Below are positions 41,467 through 51,076 of a stretch of 64,000 nucleotides of DNA, piece by piece. Under the pieces are notes generated by a model, which saw nothing but the letters and a program-made list of their open reading frames with translations, was not told where the DNA came from and searched no databases. The position numbers were made by a program, and so were the translations under genes. Source of the stretch: Longimicrobiales bacterium (GTDB lineage: Bacteria; Gemmatimonadota; Gemmatimonadetes; Longimicrobiales; Gaopeijiaceae); NCBI GenBank assembly GCA_965198065.1, contig CBDAON010000004.1, positions 224,001 to 288,000 of the forward strand. Reading direction: 5' to 3'. Positions within the stretch are counted from its first letter, which is position 1; the number at the start of each line of letters is the position of its first letter.

Positions 41467-42404
41467 TCCACGTTCTCCAGCTGCTCCCGGAGCCTCTCGA
41501 TCTCCTCCTTGAGCGTGACGACCGACGCCGCGATCTCGGCATCGTTCGCCTTGGATCCCATCGTGTTCGCCTCCCGGAGAAGCTCCTGAGCGATGAACCC
41601 CAAGCGCTTCCCGACGCCGCTCGAATCCCCACGGACGAGGGCTTCCCGAAACATCGTCAGGTGGGACCGGAACCGCACGACCTCCTCGTGGATGTCCCAC
41701 CGCTCGGCCAGATGCGCGATCTCGCGCGCGATCCTCTCCTCCTCGACCGGTGTCTCCCCTTCGAGGAGCGCCCGCACCGCCTCCCTCAGTCGGTCACGCT
41801 CCTCGACGAGACGCTCGGGGGCCCGGCGCTCGATCGACGCCGTCACCTGCTCCATGACGTCCGCCCGAGCCGCGAGGTCGAGAGCCAGCCGCGCGCCTTC
41901 CTCTTCCCGGGTCTCGAGCGCTCGCCGAGCCGCCTCCGCTACCGAAGCCACGAGCTCCTCCTCGGAGACCACCGCCTGGGATCGGCCCGGCTCGGACGAC
42001 TGAAACACGTCCCGGAACCGGGCGAGCGTGGCGATTTCGATCGTGCCCCCCACGCCGAGCTCCTCCTGCAGGGCCCTCAGCGCCTCCACGTAACCGCGGG
42101 CCCGAGCGAGATCGATGGGCACCCCACCCGTCCCGCCTTCGAGACTCCCCTCCACGACGACGCTCACCTTCACGTGCCCACGGACGAAGAAGTCGCGGAG
42201 TCGCCGCTCCAGAGCCGCCTCGTGCCGCTCGAGACCCGGGGGCGTGCGAACCTGGATGTTCAGGAACCGGTGGTTCACCGTGCGGACCTCGACCCGGAGG
42301 CGAGCGGAAGGGAGCACCCGCTCGTCCTCCCCGAAGCCCGTCATGCTGCGGAGGCGCGCCCCCTCACCCGAGGGAGTCGGTGCCGCGGACGAGGTCTCGT
42401 TCAT
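41463..42404 (-). CDS. yicC: YicC/YloC-family endoribonuclease
   Basis: RSMTGFG, TVNHRFL, GKRLGFIAQELLREANTMGSK, REQLENVE. Confidence 0.95.
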   Translation of the reverse strand: MNETSSAAPTPSGEGARLRSMTGFGEDERVLPSARLRVEVRTVNHRFLNIQVRTPPGLERHEAALERRLRDFFVRGHVKVSVVVEGSLEGGTGGVPIDLARARGYVEALRALQEELGVGGTIEIATLARFRDVFQSSEPGRSQAVVSEEELVASVAEAARRALETREEEGARLALDLAARADVMEQVTASIERRAPERLVEERDRLREAVRALLEGETPVEEERIAREIAHLAERWDIHEEVVRFRSHLTMFREALVRGDSSGVGKRLGFIAQELLREANTMGSKANDAEIAASVVTLKEEIERLREQLENVE

Positions 42405-42470
42405 CCCGGGAGCAATCTAGCGGCCTCTAACCGATGAGGGTTGGTATCCGCCCGTCCGGAGGGTCGAGCG

Positions 42471-44360
42471 TCAGTCCCACAGCGTCCATCGAATTCCGTA
42501 GAGGGCCCGGGTCGGGGGAAGGATGCGACCCGGGTAGTCCTGATTGCGCTCGCGCACCGTGAAATTCTCCCAGAGCACGAACACTCGGACCGATACGACG
42601 CGGACCTGGACCCGGGCGAACCAGCTCTGCTGGAACGGAACGGACACCGGTGCCGGCGAACCGGTCGTCCCCGGCAAGGGAACCTGCATGGGATCGCGCC
42701 CTCTCACCGCCACGTCCGACCAGACCTCGAGGTTCCCCGTCTCCAGGAAGACGTCGTGGAAGCGAAGTCCGAGCTGATAGATCCGCTTGGGGAGGTACCG
42801 CCACTCGGCGGCGGCGTCCCAGCGCTGCGCGCTTCCCTGGAGCTCCAGGCCGTCCAGGATCGCGCTTAGTGGAACGCGGGCCGTCGCCTCGAGCCCCCAT
42901 CTCCGGCCTCCCGCGAGGACGATCCCGCCGCTGTCGAAAGGAAGGCCTATAGGGTGCAGCGAATCCGCCTGTGTCCGGACGGCGGCCACGCCCAGCTCCC
43001 AGTCCGCGGCCCGAAGATGAGCACCCACGCGGTAGCCGGTGCGATCCGTGACCGAGGGAGGAGCCGTCGGGGGATCGGGATCCTCGGAACCGTCCGGCTC
43101 CGCCTCCGGCGGGACGAAGGCGACGGGCACGTGGCGCCGGCCGGCGTCCACCTCCCCGAAGATCGAGACCCCGAGTACGCGCTCGGTCCACACTCGCGCG
43201 TGAGCGCGGGACAGTGTCACGCCCGCGCGCGTCTCCCGCTCGACGAAACCGGACGCGCCGCCGATCCCGGGCCACTCGGCACCGCCCGCGAGTGACTGCG
43301 CTGAGGAGGCCGTCTCCCGTCCCCACCCCCTTCGAAGCTCGATCCGCGCCCAGAGGCTCCGCCAGGCACCCGAAACCTGGACCCCAGCGGCCGTCTTGCG
43401 CTCCTCGTCCACCGGCAATGCCTCCAGAAGGCCGGTCATGACCCCGCCCTCCTCCTCGACCCGGAGCGAGGAACGCTGAACGAAGACCCCCGCCAAGATC
43501 CACGGCGCCGGGGCATAACGGCCGTGGAGCGCCAGCTCCCGTCGGTCCACCCGGGCCGGGGCCCACAGGTCGGAAGGACGGCTCGAGGCCCGCTGGCGCA
43601 GCTCCCAGGCGAGTCCCGCCCGCGCGCCGGCGAAGAGCGTGTGGCGAAGATGGGCGCCGAACGAAACCCCGGGCTCCTTGCCGAACGGACCCTCCGTGTC
43701 AATTCGATCGAGCGAGACCGTGAGGCCGCTCCCCAGGAGGAACGGATGGGCGAACGTTCCCCGGAAGAGGTTCGTGTTCAGGTCCCCGGTCCCGACCTCG
43801 ATGAGGCTGAGCGGTCTGGCGTCCGAGAACCGCAGGGGGAAGAGCTCGACGCGAAGCTCGCCGGGACGGCGCTCGACGCGAACGGTACCGATCCCGCCGA
43901 GCCCGACCCTGGACAAATCCACGGCTCCGCCGTCCACGGGCGGCATCTCGACCCCGTCCAGGAAGACTCGTACCCGACCACCCCCCAGCCCGAACGCGGT
44001 GACCGTGGACGGCTGCCCGTAGTCCCCCCCGCGGAGCGGCACGACGCCCGGTATCTCCTCCAGGAGCTCGAGGAGGGTGAGGGCACGCGCGGAGAGGAGA
44101 CCCTCCTCGTTCCACTCCCAGACACCGGTCACGAAACCCGGTGACGGCGGGCGAGGGTGCTCCATGAGATTCCGCACCTCGCGCGGCGCCGCCGGCAGCG
44201 TGTCCGCCGTCAGCAGCGTGTCTATGGGCGGGAGAGTCGGCGGCACGTCCTGCGCTCCGAGCGCCGATGCCCCTAGCATCCCGCCACCGGCCAGGAGCTG
44301 CGCAAGGAGGAGCCACCCCGCTGCGGCCCGGGCGACGCCAGCCCCCACCGAGAACCTCAC
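42471..44360 (-). CDS. Outer-membrane protein with TonB-dependent-receptor plug-like domain
   Basis: Signal peptide, TLLELLEEIPGV...VRVFLDGV plug-like segment, beta-strand-rich C-terminus ending YGIRWTLWD; GTG start overlaps the pepA stop. Confidence 0.6.
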   Translation of the reverse strand: MRFSVGAGVARAAAGWLLLAQLLAGGGMLGASALGAQDVPPTLPPIDTLLTADTLPAAPREVRNLMEHPRPPSPGFVTGVWEWNEEGLLSARALTLLELLEEIPGVVPLRGGDYGQPSTVTAFGLGGGRVRVFLDGVEMPPVDGGAVDLSRVGLGGIGTVRVERRPGELRVELFPLRFSDARPLSLIEVGTGDLNTNLFRGTFAHPFLLGSGLTVSLDRIDTEGPFGKEPGVSFGAHLRHTLFAGARAGLAWELRQRASSRPSDLWAPARVDRRELALHGRYAPAPWILAGVFVQRSSLRVEEEGGVMTGLLEALPVDEERKTAAGVQVSGAWRSLWARIELRRGWGRETASSAQSLAGGAEWPGIGGASGFVERETRAGVTLSRAHARVWTERVLGVSIFGEVDAGRRHVPVAFVPPEAEPDGSEDPDPPTAPPSVTDRTGYRVGAHLRAADWELGVAAVRTQADSLHPIGLPFDSGGIVLAGGRRWGLEATARVPLSAILDGLELQGSAQRWDAAAEWRYLPKRIYQLGLRFHDVFLETGNLEVWSDVAVRGRDPMQVPLPGTTGSPAPVSVPFQQSWFARVQVRVVSVRVFVLWENFTVRERNQDYPGRILPPTRALYGIRWTLWD

Positions 44361-45877
44361 TCCGCGTGGCCCTTGACCCACTCTAGGAGGAGACGCGTCG
44401 GAAAGCCGAATCCTCCCTCTCGGTGGTAAGGAGCCCGAGGCTCTCCGTAGGCCGTCCCGGCGATGTCGAGATGGGCCCAGCGAGTCTTCCCGACGAACTC
44501 CGAGAGGAAGCATGCGGCGGTTATCGTCCCACCCGGCCTCCCGCCGACGTTCTTCAGATCCGCCACCGGGCTCTCGAGCTGCTTTCGGTACTCCTTCCAC
44601 AGAGGGAGGGGCCAGCAACGCTCTCCAGCGCGGTCGCCAGCCTCCCTGAGCTCGCCCACCAGAGCTTCGTCGGTCCCCAGCACAGCCGCCGCATGGTGCC
44701 CGAGGGCCACGACGCAGGCCCCCGTGAGTGTCGCGCAGTCGATCAGGGCCCTCGGCGCATAGTGGTCCACGGCATAGGAGAGCGCGTCGGCGAGAATCAG
44801 CCGCCCCTCCGCATCGGTGTTGACGACCTCGACCGTCTTTCCCGCCCGAGTGCGGATCACGTCCCCCGGTTTCATCGCCCGGCCGGAAAGGAGGTTCTCG
44901 GACGAGGGCACGATCCCCACCACGTTCAGCGCCAATTCGAGCGCTCCGATCGCCTTCATGGCCCCCAGCACCGCCGCGCCTCCCGACATGTCGTACTTCA
45001 TGTCCTCCATACCCTGGGCCGGCTTGATCGAGATCCCTCCGGCGTCGAACGTCAGGCCCTTGCCGACCAGCACCAGTGGCGGATCCTCCGACGCGCCCCC
45101 GCCGTGCTCGAGCACGATCAGGTACGGCTCCTCTTCCGACCCCGTAGACACGGCTAGAAGGGCCTCCATCCCCTCGGCACGGATCTCCCTCCGACCCAGG
45201 ATCGTGGACGCGAAGCCGTGCTGCTCGGCGAGGTCTCCGGCCACCGACGCGAGGTGAGAGGGGGTGGCCACGTTTCCCGGTCTCCACTGGAGGGTGCGAG
45301 CGAGGTTCTCGCCCTCGGCAAACGCTACTCCGGTGCGGAGTCCCGCTTCCGCATCGGTTGTGGTTCCCGACGAGCAGAGGAGGACATCCTCGACGAGTGG
45401 TTTCAGCTCGGCCGCGGAGGCGCGGGCCGACTCGGCTTCGCTCCGCAGCTCGCGGAAATCCCACGCCGCGAGAAGGGCGCCCTCGGTCGCCGCCTGTACC
45501 GTCCGCCCGCCCCCTCCCGGCCACTCCTCCGGCACGTGAACTGCGACTTCGGTAACGGACAGGGACTCGGCCCTTCGCACCGCCCGGGCGGCGAATCTCC
45601 TCAGCGTCTCCGTGTCCGCCTCGGCCCGCTGGCCCGCCCCCACGAAGAGGATCCTGCGAGGGCCGGGCGTTCCTCCCTCGGGAAGGTAGAAGAGCGCAGA
45701 CTCGTCCTCCCTGCCCCGGAAGTCACCGGCGGCGCGCGAACACGCAAACGCGCCGCCCACCCGCTCTGCGGCCGCTCGGGCAGCCGAGAAGAGGGGATCC
45801 CCGTCCTGGAAGACCGGGAGGGCCAGTAGCGGCGTGTCGCAGCCGAGCGGGTCGTCTCGAAAGAGCCGGGCGGACAT
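44357..45877 (-). CDS. pepA: Leucyl aminopeptidase (M17)
   Basis: VGKGLTFDAGG, MKYDMSG, NTDAEGRL, ATLTGA, HLDIAG. Confidence 0.95.
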   Translation of the reverse strand: MSARLFRDDPLGCDTPLLALPVFQDGDPLFSAARAAAERVGGAFACSRAAGDFRGREDESALFYLPEGGTPGPRRILFVGAGQRAEADTETLRRFAARAVRRAESLSVTEVAVHVPEEWPGGGGRTVQAATEGALLAAWDFRELRSEAESARASAAELKPLVEDVLLCSSGTTTDAEAGLRTGVAFAEGENLARTLQWRPGNVATPSHLASVAGDLAEQHGFASTILGRREIRAEGMEALLAVSTGSEEEPYLIVLEHGGGASEDPPLVLVGKGLTFDAGGISIKPAQGMEDMKYDMSGGAAVLGAMKAIGALELALNVVGIVPSSENLLSGRAMKPGDVIRTRAGKTVEVVNTDAEGRLILADALSYAVDHYAPRALIDCATLTGACVVALGHHAAAVLGTDEALVGELREAGDRAGERCWPLPLWKEYRKQLESPVADLKNVGGRPGGTITAACFLSEFVGKTRWAHLDIAGTAYGEPRAPYHREGGFGFPTRLLLEWVKGHAE

Positions 45878-45906
45878 TCGCTGGTCGCTGGAGGAGGTGG
45901 GGTGCC

Positions 45907-47142
45907 TCACATGTGCCGAACGATCTCTTCCCCGAACTTGAAGGTGCCGACCATGGTGGCTCCCTCCATCTGGCGCTCGAGGTCGTACGTGACGGTCTTC
46001 GCCCGTACGGCCCCCTCAAGACCCCTGTTGATCGCCCGCGCCGCCTCGTCCCAGCCGAGGTGCTCGAGCATCATGACCGCCGACAGGATCAGGGATCCCG
46101 GGTTCACCTTGTCCTGTCCCGCGTATTTCGGCGCCGTGCCGTGGGTCGCCTCGAATATGGCCACCTCATCCCCGATGTTGGCCCCGGGAGCCATCCCGAG
46201 GCCCCCGACCTGGGCCGCGCACGCGTCCGACAGGTAATCCCCGTTCAGGTTCGGCGTGACCAGAACCTCGTATTCGTCGGGACGGAGGAGAACCTGCTGG
46301 AACATAGCATCCGCGATCCGGTCCCCGATGACGACTCGCCCGTCGGGGTCCTCCCCCTCCCACACACGTGACTCCGGAATGGTCCGATCCGCGAACTTCT
46401 CCCGCGCGACCTCGTATCCCCAGTCGCAGAAGGCGCCCTCGGTGAACTTCATGATGTTGCCCTTGTGGACGAGCGTGACGCGCGTGCGCCCGCGGTCCAG
46501 GGCGTAGCGGATCGCCGCCGCGACGTGCCGCTTGGTTCCAAAGGGCGAGATCGGCTTGATCCCGATCCCGCTTTCCTCCCGTACCTGCGCCCCCATCTCC
46601 TCGACCAGGAACCGGCGCACCCGCTCGGCTTCCCGCGTCCCCGAGGCCCATTCGATCCCCGCGTACACGTCCTCCGTGTTCTCGCGGTAGATCACTACGT
46701 CCAGACGTCCGGGGTCTCTCACCGGGGAGGGCACGCCCTCGATCCAGCGAACCGGACGGGCGCAGGAGTAAAGGTCCAGAACATTCCGGATCGTGACGTT
46801 CAGGGAGCGGATCCCGCCCCCGACCGGAGTCGTGAGCGGACCCTTGAGCGCCACCTTGAACTCCCGTAGCGCCCGGAGCGTCTCCTCGGGGAGCCACTCC
46901 CCGCACTCGTGATGGGCCTTCTCTCCCGCGAGGACCTCCATCCAGCTGATGGCCCGCTTTCCGTTGTACGCCTTCTGCACCGCGGAATCCACCACGTGCC
47001 GGGTGGCTCTCCAGATGTCGGGCCCGATCCCATCCCCTTCCACGAACGGGATGATCGGTACGTCGGGGACCTCGATGACCCCCTCCACGTAGGTGACCGG
47101 GTTCCCCGTCGCCGGGATGCGGGCGTACTGGTAGTCGCTCAT
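45907..47142 (-). CDS. icd: NADP-dependent isocitrate dehydrogenase
   Basis: [56 protein letters not shown]. Confidence 0.97.
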   Translation of the reverse strand: MSDYQYARIPATGNPVTYVEGVIEVPDVPIIPFVEGDGIGPDIWRATRHVVDSAVQKAYNGKRAISWMEVLAGEKAHHECGEWLPEETLRALREFKVALKGPLTTPVGGGIRSLNVTIRNVLDLYSCARPVRWIEGVPSPVRDPGRLDVVIYRENTEDVYAGIEWASGTREAERVRRFLVEEMGAQVREESGIGIKPISPFGTKRHVAAAIRYALDRGRTRVTLVHKGNIMKFTEGAFCDWGYEVAREKFADRTIPESRVWEGEDPDGRVVIGDRIADAMFQQVLLRPDEYEVLVTPNLNGDYLSDACAAQVGGLGMAPGANIGDEVAIFEATHGTAPKYAGQDKVNPGSLILSAVMMLEHLGWDEAARAINRGLEGAVRAKTVTYDLERQMEGATMVGTFKFGEEIVRHM

Positions 47143-47412
47143 CCTGACCGTGGTCGTGTAGGTTCACTTAGAGGAGGAGGCAGGAGAACGGCCGGGGTCG
47201 GAGAAAGCCATCGAACTTATCCTCGCGCGGACCGGAGGGGCAAGGAACAGCCGTCGGCAAGCGTAATGGCTCATCCGTGACGGCGGAAGGCACCCCCGAG
47301 GCCGCTCCGGGTAGGCTCCCCGCACTCGCAGATGGCCGGGTTTTCGCGGAGCGCTCGGGCCAGCCGACTTCCTTCCGACGCCGGTCGCCGGCGTGAGTTT
47401 GGAGACCCCACG

Positions 47413-48138
47413 ATGCCCTCCCCTTCCCCGACCCGGGTCGCCCTCGTCGCCGGAGGCGCCGGTAACCTGGGGCGCGCGGTCGTTCGGCGCCTTCTTCGCG
47501 ACGGAGCGGAGGTCTACGTGCCCGTTTTCGACGAGCGCGAGGCGGCGCGTCTTCGGAGCGCTCTGGAAGGCGAGGCCGACCGCGTGGTAATCGTGCCCGA
47601 GGCGGACCTGACTGCCCCCCACCACGTGGACCGCGTGATCCAGGCGGTCCGAAGCGGCGGGGGGCGCGGACCGGACATCCTCTTGAACCTCGCGGGCGGG
47701 TTTGCAATGAGCCCGATCCACGAAACCGATCCTGAGGTCTGGGACCGCATGTGGAGGATGAACGCCACCACTGCCTTCCTCTGCTCCCGTGCCGTCTTCC
47801 CGGAAATGATCGAGCGACGGTGGGGCCGCATCGTGAACGTCTCCGCATTCCCGGCCCTGGAGCGCGGAAAAGCCAGCCTGTCGGCCTACGGCGCGGCAAA
47901 GGCAGCGGTCCTGAACCTCGCGCACACGCTGGCCCGGGAAGGGGCGCCGTACGGAATCACGGCGAACGCCGTCCTCCCCTCGATCATCGACACTCCGGAT
48001 AACCGCAGGGCCATGCCGGACGTCGACACCTCCACCTGGCTCCCCGTGAACGAGATTGCCGAGGTCCTCGCGTTCCTTGCCTCGGACAGCGCGCGCATCG
48101 TGAACGGAGCCGCCATCCCGCTGACCCTATCGGGGTGA
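47413..48138 (+). CDS. SDR-family oxidoreductase
   Basis: AGGAGNLG, NLAGG, YGAAK, NAVLPSIIDT. Confidence 0.92.
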   Translation: MPSPSPTRVALVAGGAGNLGRAVVRRLLRDGAEVYVPVFDEREAARLRSALEGEADRVVIVPEADLTAPHHVDRVIQAVRSGGGRGPDILLNLAGGFAMSPIHETDPEVWDRMWRMNATTAFLCSRAVFPEMIERRWGRIVNVSAFPALERGKASLSAYGAAKAAVLNLAHTLAREGAPYGITANAVLPSIIDTPDNRRAMPDVDTSTWLPVNEIAEVLAFLASDSARIVNGAAIPLTLSG

Positions 48139-48165
48139 AGCGCCTTGACCCACCGTGGGAAACTG

Positions 48166-48188
48166 ATGAGGTTGGTTCTCAATCTCAT
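48166..48188. promoter_or_regulatory. Candidate Fur-family box upstream of the Fe3+ ABC genes
   Basis: Inverted repeat ATGAGGTTG-N5-CAATCTCAT containing TGAG-N7-CTCA; TTGACC at 48145. Confidence 0.4.
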
Positions 48189-48213
48189 GTCTCTCGCCAG
48201 GAGCACCGTCCCA

Positions 48214-49275
48214 ATGGCAATCCCCGGCCCGGTCACACGATCGCCTTCGCTCGCCGCCTTTCCGGCTACCTTCGCTTTGGCGGCCGCCTTCGCCCTTCTC
48301 CAGGGGTGCGAGGCCGAGCCCGCCGAGGTCGTGAACGTTTACAGCCACCGGCACTACGAGACGGACCAGCGGCTCTTCGAGCGATTCACCGAGTTCACCG
48401 GTATCCAAGTTCGAGTGGTGACCGCATCGGCGGACGACCTCATCACGCGCCTTGAGACCGAGGGGGAGGCGTCGCCCGCCGACGTGCTCATCACGGTCGA
48501 TGCGGGGCGCCTGCACCGCGCCAAGGAGCGAGGGCTTCTCCGCCCCACTCGATCGCAGGTGCTCGAGAGCGTCATTCCGGCTCATCTGCGCGACCCCGAA
48601 GGGTACTGGTTTGGCCTCACGGTGCGCGCGCGGGTCCTGGCGTATTCTCGTGAGCGTGTGGATCCCTCCGAGCTCTCGACGTACGAGGCGCTCGCGGATC
48701 CCATCTGGCGAGGGCGTGTGCTCAGCCGAAGCTCGGAAAACGTCTACAACATCTCTCTCCTCGCCTCGCTCATTGCCGCGAACGGAGCCGAGGCGGCCGA
48801 GGCTTGGGCGCGGGCGGTCGTCGAGAACTTCGGCCGCGCCCCGCAGGGAGGCGATCGCGACCAGGTTCTGGACGTCGCCGCGGGCGTCGGCGACATCGCG
48901 ATCGTGAACACCTACTACGTGGGTCAGCTCCTGAACGACCCGGATCCGGCCGTCCGAGAGCTGGCATCTCAGGTCGGTGTCTTCTTCCCGAATCAAGGGG
49001 GCCGGGGCGCACACGCAAACGTGAGCGGAGCAGGCGTGACGGCGCACGCGCCGAACCCCGTGAACGCGACCCGGCTGATCGAGTTCCTCGTGAGCGAGGA
49101 GGCCCAGCGGTCGTTCGCGGAGACGGTGTACGAGTATCCCATACGCGAGGGGGTCCCGACCGCGGCCACGCTCGAGGCGTGGGGAGACTTTCGTAGAGAC
49201 GGCCTGGGCCTCGAGCGGCTAGGGGAGCTGGGGAGCCAGGCCGTCGAGATCTTCGACCGCGCCGGATGGCGGTAG
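48214..49275 (+). CDS. Fe(III) ABC transporter substrate-binding lipoprotein (FutA/FbpA-like)
   Basis: Lipobox LLQGC, VNVYSHRHY, SPADVLITVDAGRL, WFGLTVRAR, NTYY; AGGAG RBS. Confidence 0.92.
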   Translation: MAIPGPVTRSPSLAAFPATFALAAAFALLQGCEAEPAEVVNVYSHRHYETDQRLFERFTEFTGIQVRVVTASADDLITRLETEGEASPADVLITVDAGRLHRAKERGLLRPTRSQVLESVIPAHLRDPEGYWFGLTVRARVLAYSRERVDPSELSTYEALADPIWRGRVLSRSSENVYNISLLASLIAANGAEAAEAWARAVVENFGRAPQGGDRDQVLDVAAGVGDIAIVNTYYVGQLLNDPDPAVRELASQVGVFFPNQGGRGAHANVSGAGVTAHAPNPVNATRLIEFLVSEEAQRSFAETVYEYPIREGVPTAATLEAWGDFRRDGLGLERLGELGSQAVEIFDRAGWR

Positions 49276-50966
49276 ACGACCGGCGGTCCGGGCCCCGGGT
49301 CCGGGCCACGCGGCCGTGGGCGCGCCCGCGTGCCCGCGCCTCCTCCATCCTCACACCATGGACCGTCGCGACGGCCGCCCTGGTCGCCATGGTCCTGCTT
49401 CCCCTGTTCGCGATCTTCGCCGGCGTCTTCGGGGGGCCGAGCGACACCTGGGGCCACCTCGCCTCCACCGTCCTTCCGGACTACCTGGTCCACTCCGCGC
49501 TCCTCGTCGTGGGGGTGGGGGCCCTGACGCTCGCGATCGGTGTGGCCACCGCGTGGCTGGTCACGACGTGCGAGTTCCCGGGACGGTCCTGGCTGGAGTG
49601 GGCCCTCGTGCTCCCTCTCTCGGTGCCGACCTACATCATCGCGTACGTGTACGTCGCGCTCCTCGCGCATACGGGGCCGGTTCAGCGAGCGCTCCAGCTA
49701 TTCCTCGAGCCGGCGACCACGGCGGCCCTTCGCACGTCGCTCATGTCGCTCCCCGGCGCCGGGGTCCTCATGGCTCTCGTGCTCTATCCGTACGTCTATC
49801 TGATCACGCGCGCCTCGTTCAGCGAGCAGTCCGGAGGGATCCTCGAGAGCGCGAGGATCCTCGGCAAATCTCCGTGGCAGACGTTCGCGGGCGTCGCGCT
49901 CCCGCTGTCGCGCCCCGCCGTGGTCGCCGGGGTCACCCTCGTCCTGATGGAGGTGCTGAACGAGTACGGAGCCGTCCGCTACTTCGGGGTGCCTACGTTC
50001 ACGACCGGGATCTTCCGCTCTTGGTTCGCCCTCGGAGACCCCAGCGCGGCGTTCCGCCTCTCCGGATGCCTTCTCCTGTTCGTGTTCGTCGTGATCCTCC
50101 TCGAGCGGGCGCAGCGGGGCCGGGCCCGATTCGACGACCTGACCGGAAGGGCGCGGCCCGTGGCGCGCTACGACCTGAGCGGGTGGAAACGGTGGGGCGC
50201 GCTTGCAGCGTGTCTCGCTCCGGTGGTGTTCGGCTTCCTGGTGCCGGTGTGGCAGCTCCTCATGTGGGCCGTTCAGGTCGCGCCCGAAGCCCTCGATGCA
50301 CGGTTCGGCCGGCTGGCGGTGAACTCGTTCGGGCTTGGGCTAGGGGGAGCGGCCGCGACGGTCACCGCGGCCCTCCTCATCGCTTACTCGGTACGCCTCG
50401 CTCCTACCCGAACCCTCCAGCTGCTCCAGAGAGCCGCCTCGCTGGGCTACTCGATCCCCGGCGCCGTGATTGCCGTGGGGATTCTGGTCCCGTTTGTCTG
50501 GATGGACCGGCAGATCGCGTCCGTGGTCCGGGCCACCGCAGGCACCTCCGTGGGGCTCGTCCTCACGGGAACGGTCGTGGCGCTCGTCTTCGCCTACGTC
50601 GTGCGATTCCTCGCGGTCGCCCTGAACCCCATCGACTCCGGCTTCGAACGGACGTGCAAGGACCTGGACGAGAGCGCGCGCTCGTTGGGCTCCCCACCCC
50701 TGAAGACGCTCCTCAAAGTGGACGTCCCCCTCCTCAAGGGGACGCTCGCATCGGCCGCCCTGCTCGTATTCGTGGACGTTCTGAAGGAGCTTCCGTTGAC
50801 CCTGATCCTTAGGCCCTTCGACTTCGACACGCTTGCCACCCGCGCCTTTCAGTTGGCAATGGACGAGCAGGTGGCCCGCTCCTCGCTGCCGGCCCTCCTC
50901 ATCATCGCCACCGGCGTGATTCCGGTCCTCTTGCTCTCGCGGATCACCCGGCGAGGCCGAAGCTGA
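49266..50966 (+). CDS. Fe(III) ABC transporter permease (FutB/FbpB-like)
   Basis: Duplicated permease with ESARILG and ESARSLG EAA-like loops, KELPLTLILRPFDFDTLA. Confidence 0.92.
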   Translation: MAVDDRRSGPRVRATRPWARPRARASSILTPWTVATAALVAMVLLPLFAIFAGVFGGPSDTWGHLASTVLPDYLVHSALLVVGVGALTLAIGVATAWLVTTCEFPGRSWLEWALVLPLSVPTYIIAYVYVALLAHTGPVQRALQLFLEPATTAALRTSLMSLPGAGVLMALVLYPYVYLITRASFSEQSGGILESARILGKSPWQTFAGVALPLSRPAVVAGVTLVLMEVLNEYGAVRYFGVPTFTTGIFRSWFALGDPSAAFRLSGCLLLFVFVVILLERAQRGRARFDDLTGRARPVARYDLSGWKRWGALAACLAPVVFGFLVPVWQLLMWAVQVAPEALDARFGRLAVNSFGLGLGGAAATVTAALLIAYSVRLAPTRTLQLLQRAASLGYSIPGAVIAVGILVPFVWMDRQIASVVRATAGTSVGLVLTGTVVALVFAYVVRFLAVALNPIDSGFERTCKDLDESARSLGSPPLKTLLKVDVPLLKGTLASAALLVFVDVLKELPLTLILRPFDFDTLATRAFQLAMDEQVARSSLPALLIIATGVIPVLLLSRITRRGRS

Positions 50967-51076
50967 CCGGTCCGGCGGAGGCGGGCCCGGGGGACCTAGC
51001 AGGCGGCACGGGGCCATCTCCGTCGTTAGCGCTCCCGTAGCGCTCGTAACGCGGCCCGCCCCCCTTCAGCGACCTG

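Noticed and set aside
47143..47412. Riboswitch or ncRNA in the icd-SDR intergenic region
   Set aside because: No recognisable conserved motif; consistent with a divergent promoter region
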